Below, in pieces: positions 62,052 to 64,000 of a stretch of DNA of 64,000 bases (positions are counted from its first letter, which is position 1; each line of letters starts with the position of its first letter). The position numbers were made by a program, and so were the translations under genes. A model generated the notes under the pieces. That model was not told where the DNA came from. It saw nothing but the letters and a program-made list of their open reading frames with translations, and searched no databases. This DNA comes from an uncultured bacterium (GTDB lineage Bacteria > Babelota > Babeliae > Babelales > Babelaceae), in contig OY970332.1 in the NCBI GenBank assembly GCA_963717435.1, forward strand, positions 864,001 through 928,000, in the 5' to 3' direction.

Positions 62052-64000
62052 TTACTTACTGTTTTTCTTCTTGGTTGTCTTGTTTGACCGAGTTATCTTA
62101 CCAGCTTTTTTTACTTTTTGGAACGGGTTTTTTTCAAGAGCCAATTTTACAACGTCATCCATATGGTCCACAAATATCAAATCGTCTATATTTCCAAGCT
62201 CTTTTATAGCTTCGTCTATATCATCTTTATTCTCTTTAGGAAGTAATATTTGCTTCATGCCATGCTGGCGTCCCGCAAGAATCTTCTCTTTCAAGCCACC
62301 AACTCCGAGGACTCGACCACGTAGGGTAATTTCACCTGTCATTGCCATATTATTTTTGATCGCAATATTTGTCAAAGCTGAAACATGGCAAGACAATAGA
62401 AATACCAGCAGAAGGGCCGTCTTTGGGTGTTGCACCCTCAGGGAAATGCATGTGTACGTCTTTGTTTGCATAGAAGTCTGTTTTTTAATCCAAGATCAAC
62501 CGCCCTAGATCTCATATAACTTAGTGCAGCTTGTGCAGATTCTTGCATAACTTCACCAAGTTGTCCCGTCAAAGTTAAGCCGCCTTTACCAGGCAATAGC
62601 TGACTTCGATTTCTAAAACATCTCCGCCAAGTTCAGTCCAAGCAAGTCCTGTTGCAAGTCCAACAACATCTTTATTTTTCATAAGATTAGTTTTTTTGTA
62701 TTTTTGATGTCCTAGCCATCATTAATTATTTCTGCAGTAACAGTGACCGATTTTAAATTTTCATCGTGTAAAAATTCTTGGATTGATTTTCGCATAATCT
62801 TTGCAATCGCACGCTCAAGCTGCCTAACACCAGCTTCTTTGGTGTATTCATCAATAATTTGATGCAAGATTTCATCTGCTACAATTTAACTTGGCTTGTC
62901 TGTTAAACCGTATTCTTTGAGCATTTTTGGAATCAAAAAGATCTTGTTATGGCTAGCTTTTCAGCTTCGGTGTACCCAGAAAGACTGATAATTTCCATAC
63001 GATCAAATAGCGGATACGGAATCCCGTCTATCATATTAGCCGTTGCGATAAACATAACCTTTGAAAAATCATAATCAACTTCAAAAAAGTGATCCACAAA
63101 TGATTTGTTTTGTTCCGGATCTAATACTTCTAAGCAGAGCTGAAGCAGGATCGCCTGGAAATCACGCGACATTTTATCGATTTCATCGAGTAAAATTACT
63201 GGATTGAAAACTTGGCTTTGCGCATGCCTTGAATTATTTTTCCTGGCAGTGCACCAATATAAGTTCTTCTATGACCACGTATTTCAGCCTCATCTTTAAC
63301 GCCACCAAGTGAAATTCTAACAAATTCTCGACCCAAACTTTCTGCAATAGACTGAGCCAAAGATGTCTTACCAACACCTGGGGGCCCAACTAAGCAAATA
63401 ATAGGCGATCTTTCAAGATTCTTTGAGAATTTTTTGGCCGCCAAAAATTCGATAATTCTTTCTTTTACCTTTTAGTAATCCAGCATGATTTTTATTTAAT
63501 ATTTTTTCTGCGGTTTCTAAGCTGATAGTATCTTTGCTGATTTTTTTCCATGGTAGTGATATTACCCAGTCGATATAGTGCCTGCTAATAACAGCTTCTG
63601 AGGACATAGGCGGCATAAGCTCAAGTCTCTTAAGCTCTTTGTCAACTTTGTCATAGGCTTCTGCGCTTAAACCAAGAGATTTGATTTTTGCTCTAAGCTG
63701 GTTAACTTCTACTTGTTGATCTTCGCGTCCCAACTCTTTTTGGATAGCTTTAATCTGCTCAGTTAGGTAATATTCTTTTTGATTTTTTTCAACCTGATTT
63801 TGAACGCGACCCTTAATGCGTTCTTCAGTTTCTAGAATTTCTATCTCTTTTTGCAGATAAGCAGTCAGTTTAATTAGTCTCTCTTTAAGATCAACAAGCT
63901 CTAATATTTGCTGTCTCTCATCAAAAGACAGATTAATCTGGACTGAAAGAGTATCTGCCAAGTTATCCATATCTTCGACTGTTTTTGCATTTTGAAACAG
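62052..64000 (-). pseudogene. lon: Lon protease, partial, with multiple frameshifts (probably assembly errors)
   Basis: Fragments: [69 protein letters not shown]. Confidence 0.92.

Overview
AT-rich bacterial chromosome segment. The gene content (many signal-peptide hypothetical proteins, an ankyrin protein, F-box-like motifs, dispersed housekeeping genes) suggests a host-associated protist parasite, most plausibly Dependentiae/Babelota (TM6); this assignment is inference. Housekeeping genes: lemA with a DUF2207 partner, uvrA, a DrrAB-type ABC exporter, a GH3 NagZ-like enzyme, rodA, SufU/IscU, nurA, dnaJ, tilS, gyrB, tadA, a DksA-like protein, rpsI, glmS, an S41 protease, rapZ, an FtsB-like protein, sodA, lysS, recJ, cmk and lon, plus tRNA-His, tRNA-Pro, tRNA-Thr and a Doc-type toxin-antitoxin pair. 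uvrA, lon and gyrB carry frameshifts that look like assembly errors. Two features stand out. (1) A two-tier system of short GC-rich hairpin elements: a ~50-60 bp outer element (CCGCTCGTCCCGAGTG-variable hairpin-TATCGAGGGAT) inserted in frame in at least four intact genes, and a ~30-33 bp inner element that inserts at C^GA inside outer-type stems and at the tRNA-Pro CCA end. No transposase is visible in the window. (2) An orphan UrtA-like amide/urea-binding protein, with no ABC permease or ATPase, coupled to a ~1000-aa protein that has Cache-like sensor domains and a pentameric ligand-gated ion channel-like module. There is also a cluster of Cys-rich small lipoproteins with an unannotated 15-codon CxxC-x4-CxC ORF.
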